A stretch of 64,000 nt of DNA from Octopus bimaculoides (lineage: Eukaryota): NCBI RefSeq assembly GCF_001194135.2, contig NC_068983.1, positions 113,952,705-114,016,704 on the forward strand, in the 5' to 3' direction. The translations under genes and the position numbers were made by a program. The notes beneath the pieces were generated by a model. The model was not told the origin of the DNA and did no database searches. It saw only the letters and a program-made list of their open reading frames with translations. This document shows positions 40,251-53,652 of this stretch, in pieces; the stretch's first letter is position 1; each line of letters opens with the position of its first letter.

Positions 40251-41335
40251 TTGATACATGACAAACAATTCTGAGGGGTGAAAGTTAACCAACACTATTG
40301 AGCCCAATACTTGACTGGTACTTGATTTTTTTTTAGTTCTTTTCTTTTTTACACTCTCGGAGTGGTTGGCGTTAGGAAGGGCATCCAGCTGTAGAAACTC
40401 TGCCAAATCAGATTGGAGCCTGGTGTTGCCTCTTGGTCCACCAGTCCTCAGTCAAATTGTCCAACCCATGCTAGCATGGAAAGCGGACGTTAAACGACAA
40501 TGATGATAAGGAGGAAAAGCAAAGTTGATCCCTACAGGATTTGAACTTTCAGCATAAAGATAAAAAAAAAAAACATTGCAAGGTATTTTGGCTGACTCTA
40601 ATGATTCTGCCAATCCTCATGCTGCCACTGCCATGAGGATGATGATTTTGGCACAAGGCCAGCAATTTTAAGAGAAGTGGATTTTTATTTCATTGACATT
40701 GGTAGAATTTCAACTCAAAATGCAAAGATCTGCAAGAAATACCATAAGATGTGTAGTCTGACACTATACTGCTTCTTCCTATTCAGAATAAAATATAAAT
40801 CTTTTTATCATAGGAACAAAGCCTGAAAGTTTGTGGGATGGATTGTGTTGGTTAAATCAACTCTAGTGCTTGATTGGCACTTTAGTTTATTAATAAGTTG
40901 ACCTTAGAGTGATTCGATCTGAGAATGTGAAGATTATTCTGAAGCTCTGATTCCACCAACCTTATCCGTTTTAATAACAATTGATTTTAACATAGAAATG
41001 TATGAGGCCTGAAATTTGGGGAAAGTGGTTTGTTGAGTAATCAATCCTAGTACTTTGGTACTTTATTTTATTATTCTGAAGAGATCTTGGTGGTATTTGA
41101 ACTTGGAGCATCAAGAACTGGGAGTCTGCCAGTCCATTTATTTCATGTTTAAAAAAATGTTTTGCAATGATGGGTGTTGATGTACTTTATAAAGGTAGAG
41201 GTTTTAATTTAGAAGTGTGGTGTTCATTGAGACTGTGGGGCACTTAGAAAGATTAGGATATGTTTGAGAATGGAGACACTAACACTTTGCAAAGAATTCA
41301 TTTCTTGGACTCAACTGAAGTGTTAAAAAATTGCA

Positions 41336-41369
<34 letters not shown>

Positions 41370-41691
41370 ATAATAATAATAATAATACAATTAAACCTTG
41401 GGAGAGGCATTATGCCGGTAATAAACACATGCACTGGTTCAATCCTTTATTAATTTATATAGTTTTTTGTTAAATTATTTCATTGCACTCTTGCAATCTC
41501 TTCAGTAACTTGTCTCTCCACTTCCATTTATTTTGAATGTATGATCTGGCATTGTTTTGGCGTTGTTTCGAAACTGTTTGGTATGAGCATGTGAGTGTGT
41601 GCAAGCTCGTATGTGATACTCAAAATGTTTGTGGCACCAGAATTTGGTAGGGTAAAAACCAAAAACAAAATCAAGAGATTTGGTGAATTAA

Positions 41692-41756
41692 ATTTGAAGA
41701 AAAGCAACAAAAATGTATGCTATAACCTAATACATTTTTGTTGCTTTTCTTCAAAT
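41692..41756. repeat. Perfect 27-bp inverted repeat with 11-nt loop
   Basis: ATTTGAAGAAAAGCAACAAAAATGTAT-gctataaccta-ATACATTTTTGTTGCTTTTCTTCAAAT. Confidence 0.9.
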
Positions 41757-41791
41757 ATACTTGCATGTAGATATATCTGTGTATGCATTTA

Positions 41792-41958
41792 CGAGGTGTA
41801 TTCAAAAAGTACTCTAAATGTAACAGCCAGGAACTGACACAGCCTACCAGCACAAAAATGTTCATGCATGTGCAAGAAGGGTGGCATCACCTCCTACCCA
41901 AAGGATTTAGTTTAGAGTGGGAAAAAATAAAAGTTGGATACTTTTTGAACACACCTTG
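41792..41958. mobile_element. Tc1/mariner-type MITE with TA TSD
   Basis: TA|CGAGGTGTATTCAAAAAGTA ... TACTTTTTGAACACACCTTG|TA. Confidence 0.85.
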
Positions 41959-44036
41959 TATGTGTGTCATTGTTCAATTATTCCCTCTGTATTAATGACC
42001 ACATTTTCACATTTGTGAAAGAAAGCCGCTTGGTCTTTCATTTGTTCTTGAGACTTTGAAAGCATTCTGAGTATATAAATCAACTTGTCAGCTGGTCTCT
42101 CTATTTTCTTTTCATGTTTTTGTTTCTGACCTCACAGCAACAAGCACCAAATTTTCCTTGTGAGGAAAATTCCATTTAGATTTTGTTCATTTGTAATGTC
42201 ACTTTTGTTATATTCTTTTTAATGTTAATTTGATCAAGCAGGCCTATGATCAAAGATGTTCCAGCCATAACTATCCAATGTATTTTTCATCAGTCATAAT
42301 GTATCTGGGACTACCTTATCCACAATGGCTTTGTTTTTCTTTTTTTAACTATTGGGTATGCAATTTAAGGGAAGTTGGATTGCTATTTCTAGCAGGTTGT
42401 CTTGTTGACTCATCAATGTCAGCCATTTGACTGTATTAGGGAAGGCTAGAATTAAAAAAAGAAAAATTGGTAAATTTTGTTTTAGTCATGGCCCTTTTTA
42501 TGGTCAGTTGTGAAAACTAGTATTATATCATCAAGTCATCATCATCATCGTTTAACGTTCGCTTTCCATGCTAGCATGGGTTGGACGATTTGACTAAGGA
42601 CTGGTGAAACCAGATGGCTACACCAGGCTCCAATCTGATTTGGCAGAGTTTCTACAGCTGGATGCCCTTCCTAACGCCAACCACTCAGAGAGTGTAGTGG
42701 GTGCTTTTACGTGTCACCCGCACGGAGGCCAGTCAGGCGGTACGACAAAATTCTTTTTCCCTGGATAACACAGTAATCCATCATCGGCAACATTCCAAGA
42801 TAATCTGGTACCTATTATTGACAGGTAGAAAAACTGAGGCAACATACAATAAAATCATTTCTCTGAAACCCAGCATTGTCCATTCGACCAATTTATCTCT
42901 TCTGATAGGTCAAGGTTGAAGCACAGCCATATATCATAATTACCACTACTCCAGCAACTTCTCATTAACACCATTATCTGACTAAATTCTATTTAAACTA
43001 AAAACCTGAGACTTGAAGCCTGAAACATGGAGTTAATTTATATTCTAGCATGCAGAAGTCTATTGTTTCTCATTTTTGTTTTTTTCTTAAGTTCCTGCTG
43101 ACAGTCTATATATCACATTCTGCTATATTTTAGGGTTATTTTTTGCTGTAACTAAAGGAGGAAGGGCATTACTCATGACATTTTATTACAGGGCTTCCTT
43201 GAATGGAAGGGCACCACTAGTTCAAAAATTGTTGCATTAAGAAACAACATATCAAAAATGTCAAGTAATTCTCGGGTTGGAAATGCAGTCAAAATAATTC
43301 CTTTCAGTGAACCCTCTCCAGCCAAGGCTCTGGTGGTGGTGGTGGTGGTGGTGGTGGTGGTGGTGGTATTAAATTTGGTGACAGATTAAGTCTACCACAT
43401 AAGAATGGGGACTGCTCATCCTTCAAGCTTCTGCACAGTTTCTGTCTACCTAATTTTACTCACAAGTCATTAGTTGACTCAAGGCTATGGTAAAAGACAC
43501 TGGAACCATGTTGAGGTATCAAACCTAGTATCAAGTGACTGAGAAAAAATTTCTCGATCATATGACCACATAATGTTCAGTGGGGATTAATTTTATAAAT
43601 AACTAAAATAAATAAATAAATAAAATAAAACAAAATAAAATGCAAGTAGGGCAAATATTTTTATCCTATTATTTTTTTCCCCTATTGATTAATTATTTAT
43701 AGCATCAGATGTTTTACTCATGTTCATAAACTGATGATTGTTGCCAGTCAAACTGGTTTCTGCATATACTTTGGATGTTGGTTAGAACAATGAAGCAATC
43801 AAAAGAGACAAATTATTATTTATTTTTATGCTAGTTATATTATGGTTATTATTTTTCTAATTATTATTATCATGCTCATTACTATTGTCGTGCATTAGCT
43901 GCATTTACATCATGAACTGTGTTGAACCTCTATAATAAAATTCAGCTATGTCAATGAAAAACTAATTAGCCTATTGTCTGCCCACTCCTTGAAGAGACAC
44001 AGGAATGATATAAAAGAATATAATATACACACATAC

Positions 44037-44250
44037 GGTGGTGAGCTGGTAGAATCGTTAGCACGTCAGGCGATATGCTTAACAGTATTTCGTCTGCCGC
44101 TACGTTCTGAGTTCAAATTCTGCCGAGGTTAGCTTTGCCTTTCATCCTTTCGGGGTCGATTAAATAAGTACCAGTTACACACTGGGGTTGATGTAATTGA
44201 CTTAGTTTCTTTGTCTGTCCTAGTTTGTCCCCTTATGGGCAATAAAGAAT
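44037..44250 (+). mobile_element. SINE family B, well preserved; other copies near 32765, 45640-46080, 46800-47120, 50950, 59340 (-), 61630
   Basis: GGTGAGCTGGTAGAATCGTTAGCACG...GAGTTCAAATTC...GCCTTTCATCCTTTCGGGGTCGATTAAATAAGTACCAG. Confidence 0.85.
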
Positions 44251-44369
44251 TAGATATACACGCATACTGTATGTACCATGTAACAGATATAAGGTGGAAG
44301 AAATGATCATAAACTTCCATTGCTGCCCATCACCCAAAAATTTTCATCTGTTCCGACATTTATTCACGT

Positions 44370-44700
44370 GAAGGCACATGGCTTAGTGGTAAGGCTATTC
44401 AGCTCACAATCATAAGAACGTAAGTTCAATTCCTGGCAGTGTGGTGTGTCCTTGAGTAAGACACTTTATTTCATGTTGCTCCAGTCCACTCAGATGGTCC
44501 ACTCAGCTGGCAAAAATGAGTTGTATTTGTATTTCAGAGAGACAGTTTTATCACACTCTGTGTCATACTGAATCTCCCTGAGAACTATGTCAAAGGTGTG
44601 CATGTCTGTGGAGTGCTCAGCCACTTACACGTTAAGTTCACGAGCAAGCTATTCCATTAATTGGATCAACTGGAACCCTCGTTGTATCCGACGGAATGTG
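44370..44700 (+). mobile_element. tRNA SINE with a different head but the family C 3' body; related heads at 49815-49960 (+) and 58500-58650 (-)
   Basis: TGGCTTAGTGG...AGTTCAATTCC head, then ...GAGAACTATGTCAAAGG...GGATCAACTGGAACCCTCG shared with family C. Confidence 0.75.
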
Positions 44701-45254
44701 CCAGTTTATTTATTCATGTAATTTTTGTTTGTTTTTCCACATTGTTTCTTGCAAACCCAGAGATCATCATCATTTAATATCTGCCCTCCATTCTGGCATA
44801 AGTTGGATGGTTTGACAGGAGCATGCATCAGACTTCTGTATTTTTTTGACATGGTTTTTTTACAGCTGGATGGCCTTTCTTATGCCAACCACACAGCAGA
44901 GTGGACAGATAGATCTGTAAAAAAATTGGGATATTTATATGAATCACTGGAGTAAATATATTTATTGCACACTACTCTTTACTAACTCTAGAAGCTAACA
45001 AGCTGTTTGTCTGTTTCAGAGTGCTATGTTGTGGTATGACTTATAAGTATCTGGACTGGAGCATTTCAAATTAACTTGTTTTAACTATAGACCTGTTACA
45101 GTACAACCAGCAAAATACAAGTTTCCTATCCATGGGCTTGTCGGTTGTTGTGGCCCCTATCCACTTAGCTGCCTGTTTGCATCCTTCCAGCATACCTCTA
45201 AGACCTGGCAACTGACACTTTATAGACTTCTGTTCTATTAAGTAGTTCCATAGG

Positions 45255-45577
45255 TGCAGGCGTGACTGTGTGGTAAGAAACTTGCTTTCCAGCCATGTGG
45301 TTCTGGGTTCAGTCCCACTGTATGACACCTTGGACAAGTGTTTCCTACTATAGCCTCGGACCAACCGAAGCCTTTGTAGACACATACATAAATGTATATA
45401 TCTATGTGTGTGTGTGTTTTCATCCTTGTAACTTGGCAGTTCAGCAAAAGAGACTGACAGGATAAGTACTAGGCTGACGAAATAAGTCCTGGGGTCAATT
45501 TCTTCAACTAAAACCCTTCAAGGCAGTGCTCCAGCATGGCTGCAGTCAAATGACTGAAACAAGTAAAAGAGTAAGAG
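45255..45577 (+). mobile_element. SINE family A, internally deleted
   Basis: Head, partial body and tail motifs. Confidence 0.8.
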
Positions 45578-46084
45578 ATGAAATTTTGATTAAATTTTAC
45601 CTTTGATCTTTTTATATGTGTCCTTCAATAAATGTTGGATAGGCAGAATTGTTTGTTGAACAGAATGCTTTGCGCTCTTTGTTTCTGGCCTTTTAGGTTC
45701 TGAGCTTATGTTGCCTGTCAACCTTCTAGGATTGATAAAATAAGTACCAACCAAATACTGGGGGTTGTTTTAAGTAACTAATGCTAGTGTCTCCTAAGCT
45801 TCTTCAAGCTGCAAGCAGAATCTTGAATGAGTCTTCATACTGTTTGCACTTTAAGGGCAGATGAGAATGTAAACCCTTGAAATTAAGCCTAAGTGGTGGG
45901 TTGGTAGGATTGTTAAAGTATCAAGCAAAATGCCACACAATATTTACTCTGACTCTTTATGTTCTTAGTTTAAGTCCTGCTGAGGTCAACTTTACTTTTC
46001 ATCCGTCTGTGGTCGATAATGTAACATATTTAATAAATGATTTCTCCATCCAAAATTTGTGGTTTTGTGCCTATGTAAAATATA

Positions 46085-46440
46085 ATTTTCATCATCATCA
46101 TCATCATCATCATCGTTTAACGTCCGCTTTCCATGCTAGCATGGGTTGGATGATTTGACTGAGGACTGGTGGAACCCGATGGCTACACCAGGCTCCAATC
46201 TGATTTGGCAGAGTTTCTACAGCTCTATGCCTTTCCTAATGCCAACCACTCCGAGAATGTAGTGAGTCCTTTTACGTGCCACCGGCACGAAGGCCAGTCA
46301 GACGGTACTGGCAACAGCCGCGCTCAAAATGGTGTATTTTATGTGCCACCCGCACAAGGGCCAGTCCAGGGGCACTGGCAACGATCTCGCTCGAAAGTCC
46401 TTACACATACCGGGGGCACAAGTGCCAGAAAGGCGACAAA
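46085..46440 (-). mobile_element. Family D RTE-tail element, longest ungapped copy
   Basis: Same sequence as 62868 and 42535 copies, extending further 5'. Confidence 0.85.
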
Positions 46441-47132
46441 TAAATGAATGAAAAAAGCAATGAGATGAGTATTGAACAAAATACTTTTTGGCATTTAGGC
46501 ATCCCATTACATTTTGAGTTTGATAAGATAAGTACCAGAGAAACAGGGAAATACTAGTTTTGATATAATCAAGTTTCTTTACCCATAAATTTGATGCTTG
46601 TGTCTTGTGGTATTTAGATGCATCCTTTCAGTGAGGTCAATAAAATACATTCCAGTCAAGCACTGAGTTCTTTGACTACATCTTGTCTCCAAAATTTGTG
46701 GCATTATTAATAACTTCAGAATTTACTACTACTGCTGTTGCAGTAAATTAGTAAAATCATTAGGGTACCAGGCAAAATGCCTTGGAATATTTATTCTAAC
46801 TTTTCGGCAGTGATCAGACAGAATTGTTAGCACACCAGGCAAATTGATTAGCAGCATTTTGTCTGTCTTTACATTCTGAGTTCAAATTCCACCAAGCTCG
46901 ACTTTGCCTTTCATCCTTCTGGGGTCAATAAAATAGTGCCTGCTGAACTCTGGGGTCGATGTAATTGCATTACCCCCTCTCCTGGAATTGCTGGTCTTGT
47001 GCCAAAATTTGAGGTCAATATTTATTCTGGCCCTTTATGTTCTGGGTTCAAATTCTGCCACAATGTCAAATTTACCCTTTATGCCTCCAAGTCAAAAACA
47101 TAAAGTACCTGTCAAGTACCTATGTTAATTAA

Positions 47133-47339
47133 CCCTTTAATGTTCAGATTGCTCTGTCAAAAGTAATGCTAATGCATCCACATTGTTATGAATTAATCAC
47201 ATGTTATCTTGATGCTTCAAGGTTTTGTTAAAATGATTGTTTAATTTTAGAATGACATTATTGGATAGGTGTGAGAAGCTGGATCTGGCCAGTTTAAACA
47301 TAAAACGAGGATTTCTGGGCTAGTTTAAATGCTAAAGGG
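47133..47339. mobile_element. piggyBac-type MITE (207 bp) with TTAA TSD
   Basis: TTAA|CCCTTTAATGTTCAGATT...TTTAAATGCTAAAGGG|TTAA. Confidence 0.88.
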
Positions 47340-47420
47340 TTAATCAACCAGCCCTTTGTTCCACCCACCATCTCACCCCAACATCTATCAGCCTTGTACC
47401 TTGTCTTAGGAATTATTATT

Positions 47421-47423
<3 letters not shown>

Positions 47424-47511
<88 letters not shown>
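47424..47511. repeat. (CA)n microsatellite; others include (CA)n ~3130-3205, (GGT)n ~43331-43367, (AT)n ~47945-47978 and ~53656-53686, (TG)n ~49408-49435
   Basis: Direct reading. Confidence 0.95.
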
Positions 47512-47515
<4 letters not shown>

Positions 47516-47940
47516 TTAAGCAGTTTACTTCACAACTATGTGATTTCAGCTTTCTCCTTACATGGCACTGAGAGTAGATGTCTATTTCTAGAGGCACCTG
47601 CCGTAAGGTGGCTATAGTAATTGTTACCTCAAGGCTTTGTGAGTAAAATTGTCGGTAGGAACTGTACAAAGCTTGTGTGCGTGTACATGTTCCCCTAGTT
47701 TTGATAGTGAGTGTTGCATAAGCATGTATGCAGAATAATCAGTCACCATATAGACACTGCTTTTATTTACAACTGCTGTGATATGTCCAGCTCTCATATG
47801 AAAGACTGTAGCAAATATTGCCCTGCTAGGAAGCAAGTGAAGGCTGGTAACAGGAAAAGTGTCTGACCATAGAAAAATTACATCAATAACAAGACTTGTC
47901 TGACCTATGCTAGGATAGGAAAGTGAATATTAAAATAATG

Positions 47941-47981
<41 letters not shown>

Positions 47982-47998
47982 GTTTTTTTTTCTTCCAG

Positions 47999-48053
47999 GA
48001 GTTTACAATTTCTGAAGATTATAATCGGATGACGCATGTCAGGGATTATCTTG
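47999..48053 (+). CDS. WDFY2: WDFY2 exon 4 equivalent, EFTISEDYNRMTHVRDYL(A)
   Basis: tttttttttcttccag acceptor, GTAAGT donor at 48054; 55 nt. Confidence 0.95.
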
Positions 48054-49219
48054 GTAAGTTTGAAATCAAAGCCTGTTTTTCTTTAGTCGACAGTTAATAG
48101 GTATTCCAACTTTTAATAAATGTAATGTAATATTCCTTCATTAGACATAAAACTTCATCAGGTCGCTTTTGCAGTTTTACGTAATAGTAACAGATACAGT
48201 TAATCATTATCTATAAAGTGTCTGTGCGATAATTTTCACTTAAAATCTATTTTTGTAAGTTGAAGCAGATGTTGTTAGTGGAGACTTAACTACAATTACC
48301 TTTGCTGTATTAAGGAGCCAAGTAACTCTAGATAAGATCTATCGTTATTTAGCCCCAGGTTAATGTTGTTTGAGTAGGTTTATGATCAGAGATGTTCCAC
48401 CTGTTACTATCCCATCTTTTTCAGCCCTGTATCCAATGTATCTGTGTTCATAGGTCAAAACTGATCTAGTGATAAATAACAAAATCATACCAGCCTACGT
48501 AGAACCATATTGGTGGTGATGATGGTTTTTGTGGTTGTTGTTTGTTTGTTCCAAGCCAGCTCTGATCAAGCAACCCTGTGAATATCCATTCCAGAAATGA
48601 CCATCCTAATTTTTTTTAGAGATATTTAGGACTACGTTATCTAATGTCATTCTCTCATCTCATAAGATGGTGAGTTGTGATTTAAACAAGATTTAGATAC
48701 TATTTCTATCAATTTAAGTGACCACATTGATTATAATTGATGGTTAAATATAGTGATATGTTATATAATGAGGCAGGCAAAATAAATCTGAGTTTTAGAA
48801 TACTTAGTGGTGTTTGTTCTGGCTCTCTACACTCTGAGTACAAACCTCACTGATGTCAATCATACCTTTCATCTTTGCAAGGTCTGTAAAGTACCAGTTA
48901 AGTACTAGGTTTAAATCTGATTCTCTCTCATACTACAGAATCGGCTTTGAAAATACTGGCACAACCCTCATACTGTCTGAAGTGCTAGAAAGAATAGAAG
49001 ACCCTACTGACATAGTTTATTCTCTTGATGTTGGAAAAGATACTCCCCCTTTAAAAGTTGGTGGTTTGCATGTAATGATGAATATAATGGAAACAACAAT
49101 AACCACAGCAATAGCATTGGTAAAGACTGTGTTGCATGTTTGCTTGTTAATTTATTTCAATACTACCGTTTTTTTCTTTTCTTCACGTAACAAACATTTA
49201 TTTACTTTTCCTTTTGCAG

Positions 49220-49370
49220 CCCATTTTGGTCGAGTAAATGCTATTATATTTTCATTGAGCTGTGAATGGGTCCTTAGCTGTGGCAGGGACCGCTATTTCC
49301 AGTGGCATTGTTCAGAAACTGGTCGACGATTAGGAGGATATCAAGCCACTTCATGGTGCCTCTGCCTTGA
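49220..49370 (+). CDS. WDFY2: WDFY2 exon 5 equivalent, (A)HFGRVNAIIFSLSCEWVLSCGRDRYFQWHCSETGRRLGGYQATSWCLCL(E)
   Basis: ttttgcag acceptor; followed by U12-type donor GTATCCTTTAAC; 151 nt. Confidence 0.95.
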
Positions 49371-49408
49371 GTATCCTTTAACACTTCTGGTTTACAAATA
49401 ATTTTATG

Positions 49409-49439
<31 letters not shown>

Positions 49440-52375
49440 TGTGCATGTATGTTTGCTAGGTATGTGTGTACATGCTTACTCGATGTACATGTGTGTGTAT
49501 GTATTTGTTTACATACATAGATAAATATACACTTTGATGTCAAATTATATATATAATTTTAGATGTCCTACAAAATTTCAGGTCTTTTAATTACTAATGT
49601 TAAACCATTAGAGATGAAGTTTTTCAAGCTCTGTTATCTTTACATTTATCCAGCAATTTCCTCTACATTTTCCATGGCTACATGGGCTACTCTTCAAAGT
49701 GCTTACTCTAGTGCTGCCCTTCATTACATGGGACCTCACTCTGTTGATTCACAACTGTTATGTCCTGAAACCACCCATCTTGTATAACAATATATTGCAA
49801 AACCATGCCCTGTGGAGGTGCATGGCTTTATGGTTAGGGTACTGGACTCATGCTCGTAAGATTGTGGTTTTGATTCCCGGACCAGACGATGCGTTGTGTT
49901 CTTGAACAAAAGATTTCATTTCACATTACTCCAGTCCACTCCACTGACAAAAATGAGTAAAAATGTGATGGTCAGGCATCCTGTCCAGCTGAAGAATTTA
50001 CATGTCATGGAAACCAGGAAACCGGCCCTTATGAGTCAGTGTGACTTGTGAAGGAAACTTAAAACTTAAAAGCCATGCCTTTCACTAGCTATTTTACTCT
50101 TGTCCATAAGCACCATATGCATCCAATGTATTTGCAATTCACCTAATCATCTCCAGAACTATACCATCTGAAATCACTTTGTTTTCTCAAGAAAAATGTT
50201 GCATTCCTTTGAAAAATGATGTGCACTTTGTGATATAATCAGTTACACATTTACCTGAATGCAAAAGATTTGAGGGCCAGTTCTTTATCTTAATGGTTGC
50301 GGGCATGAGACATGTATTTCAGAAGCTTGCTTTTCAGTCCTGTTACTCTAGGTTTAATTCCATCATGTATACTTTGTCTTCTGCCTTTACTTTGGGTCAA
50401 CCCAAAGTGAAATTGTGAGTGGAGTTGGACAGATGGACACTAGATAGAAGCCCATCAAACTGTATTTGTTTTTGAGTGCCAGACCTAAAATAATTCTTGG
50501 TTTAATACCATAACTTGGCTATTTCATGATAAGCAGAGGGAGGAGATCTTCAGTTTGAGGATAACTTCATTTCCTGCAGCAGTAAATCATAAGTCATGAT
50601 TCCTTCCATTCTTTACTGCACCACTCTTAGAAGTCTTGTGAAAAAAAGATCATGAATGCTGCTCTCCTTTTCTGACTATGCCAAAAAAAAAAAAAGGCAG
50701 GGGTGAGAAGTAGTGCCAACTCTACTCAGGCTGCAAAACATGCATTATCTTCTGCATCACCCGTGATATAAAATACCACCATTTGAGTCTGAGATTCCAG
50801 TCTTTCCAAAGAAAAAGCAACTAATTCAAAACTAACCTCTATCCTATTATTTGTACACATATATGAAACAGAGAATCATCCAGAAAGCTACTTGTGATTA
50901 AAATTCTGTCCCCCATCTTTTTGCTTTTTCATTATTCACTTCAACAAGATGCTGAGCTGGCAGAATCATTAGCATGTCAGACAAAACGCTTAGTTGTGGC
51001 ATTTCTTCTGACTCTGTACATTCTGAGTTCAAATACCACTGAGATCAACTTTATCTCTCATCCTTTTGAGGTCATTAAAATTAGTACCAGTGCAGCACTG
51101 GGGTGATGTAATCGACTTCACTCCCTCTGGGGGTGATGTAATCAACTTCACCCTTCCCTCAAGATTGCTGGCATTGTACCAAACATTAGTTAGAAAGAAT
51201 TATTAAATTCAACATATATTAACTGAACTGTTAACCTCTGTGTTATCTCTTAACCAATCCACTTTGGATATGAAACCTAACTGCAAGTCATTGACTCAGC
51301 TGATTATTTCTCTCAAGGATTATTAACACAGTGGTTTGCAGCAATCCATGAAACAATTTATTCTCCACCAACATTCACTCAGTCTCTTCCTTGGATATGG
51401 GAGTAAGACAAAGATCATCCAACCTGCTAGAAAAAGCTGTTAAATCTCATATCACACCATATTGTCTTATATAGGACACATTGAATAATGTACTTTGTCA
51501 GAGAAAAAAAGACGAGATGGTTATGGCTTAAATTATCCAAATTGGGTGAACAAGCAAACTTGACTACAGACATTTATCACTTTAAATTTCTTTCTCTTTG
51601 GTGACCACTAGTGTGACTTCCATAGAGCCAGTTCTGCTGGGTGTCTAGCCCAATGACATGCCATCTTCTTATTTTGCCTTTTCTACTACAATGACTTTTG
51701 TTCCTCAGATATACCTATTTGCTTATGACTCTCACCTAGTTACCACCATATCTCCATTACACCCAAGGGCCCTGTATTAATCTTTTGCATTCTTTCCTTC
51801 CTTCACATGATCATACCAACACAGAATATCAACCATCTGGAATTCCTTTTTCCTCACATTGCTGTCACTTTACAGATATATTCAAATCAAAAACCAACTG
51901 CAACAGTCTCAGCAGTCAAGCAAAGTCCATGACTCTCGTCCTATTTCTCATGACTGAACCATTAAATAATGGATGTTTCTTTTGTAGTGTATCTACTTCA
52001 TCATTTCATTTATTTGTAGTATCATATAGGCTTCTTATTCCTTCTCATTTGTATTTTAATATCATTGCCTCTTTCTCCATCTCTTTGATTTCTCTCTCTG
52101 TTGCCCTTTCATCCTACCAATATACTGATATCCATATATAGTTAATGTTTATCCACTCACCCCGCTTTCTTACTTTTCTTCACATTTGCATCTACACACA
52201 AACATATATTGTTTCTTGTTATCTGACTTAAATTACATTCTAACATTATCCTTTAACCAAGCTTTGAATAAAAGCTTTTGAGATAATCTTTGACCTTTCA
52301 GTTCACTTGCTATTCATAATGAGAATAAAATATTCCATTGTGATAACTAATTTATTTTTCTTAACCATTGTTAAG
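49371..52375 (+). other. U12-type (minor spliceosome) GT-AG intron, 3005 nt
   Basis: 5' end GTATCCTTT; branch motif TTTTCTTAAC at 52356-65, ending 10 nt before the 3' end; no pyrimidine tract between branch site and AAG. Confidence 0.92.
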
Positions 52376-52488
52376 ATTTGATGAGCAATCAAAATATGCC
52401 TTTGTTGGAGATTATTCTGGACACATATCTGTGTTAAAAGTTAAAAACAACTGTTTTGATTTAATTACTACTTTCAAGGGACATTCAG
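52376..52488 (+). CDS. WDFY2: WDFY2 exon 6 equivalent, (E)FDEQSKYAFVGDYSGHISVLKVKNNCFDLITTFKGHS(G); absent from the ORF track
   Basis: Preceded by TTTTCTTAACcattgttAAG (U12 branch site and AG); GTGAGT donor at 52489; 113 nt. Confidence 0.95.
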
Positions 52489-52789
52489 GTGAGTAATCAT
52501 CTCTCTAACTCACTCACTCATTCACTTCTGCCACTCTTCCTTCGAGTAATTACCATCTGTTTATTGAGCTAAATTGTAGAGTTTGTAAACAATTTAAACA
52601 GGCGCTTCTCAAGGTAGGATGCATGCTACACTGCTAGAGAGCAGCAATATTTTGATGTGACGTTTGTTACTTTGCAATGAAGTATAAGTAACAAATGAAT
52701 AAAGCTTACAATAAAGTTCTAACTTAAACTTATTTTGAATATATATGTACAGAAAATAGGCTCCATCAAATGTCAGGGGTGAAAGCTAG

Positions 52790-53652
52790 AAGTAATTAAT
52801 AGCTTCTGTTATCTAGGTGACCAAGCTAGTAGCGGAGGTGGATGCTCTGAGAGCATAGCTGCTAGAATAACAATAGGTTGGGCAAAGTTCAGAGAGCTCC
52901 TACTTCTGTTGGTAACAAAGGGCCTCTCCCTCAGAGTGAAAGGCTGATTGTATGATGCTTGTGTGCAAACAGCCATGCTACACGACAGTGAAACATGGCC
53001 TGTGACTGTAGAGAAAATATGAAGGCTTGAAAGAAATTAGGCTAGTATGCTTTGCTGGATGTGTAATGTCAGTGGGTATGTACAACAGAGTGTACGCACC
53101 TTGAGAGAAAAGTTGGGCATAAAAGGCATTAGATGCAGTGTGCAAGAGGGACAACTGTTTTGGTATGGTCATGTGATGCATATGGACGAGAGCAGCTGTG
53201 TAAAGAAGTGCCAATCTCTAACTGTGGAGGGAAGACATGGGACAAGGTGGTGAAGCATGGTCTTCAAAATGACAAGTGACTGAGACCTTTGGCAATGTGC
53301 CATGGTTGAGAAGACCTATGAAGCCAAGTGAAATCATAGTGGTGGCTGGTGCCGGTATCATGTAACTGGCACCCTTCAAATATTAGGTTTCGTGGAGGCA
53401 ATAAGTGACTGAGACCTTTGGTGATAAGCTGTGCTTGAGAAGACCTGTCAGGCCAAGTAAAACAATATTCATGGCTGATGTCAGTGTCATGTAAAAAGCA
53501 CCCATTACATTCTTGGAGTAGTTGGCATTAGGAAGGGCATCCAGGTGTAAAAACCATGCCAAATTAGAATGGAACCTGGTGCAGCCCTCCAGCTTACCAG
53601 TTTCAATCAAACTGTCTTACCCATGCCAGCATGGAAAGCAGATGCTAAATGA

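Noticed and set aside
48853-49401. 182-aa ORF as a standalone gene
   Set aside because: Only 49220-49370 is homologous (WDFY exon 5); the rest is intron read-through.
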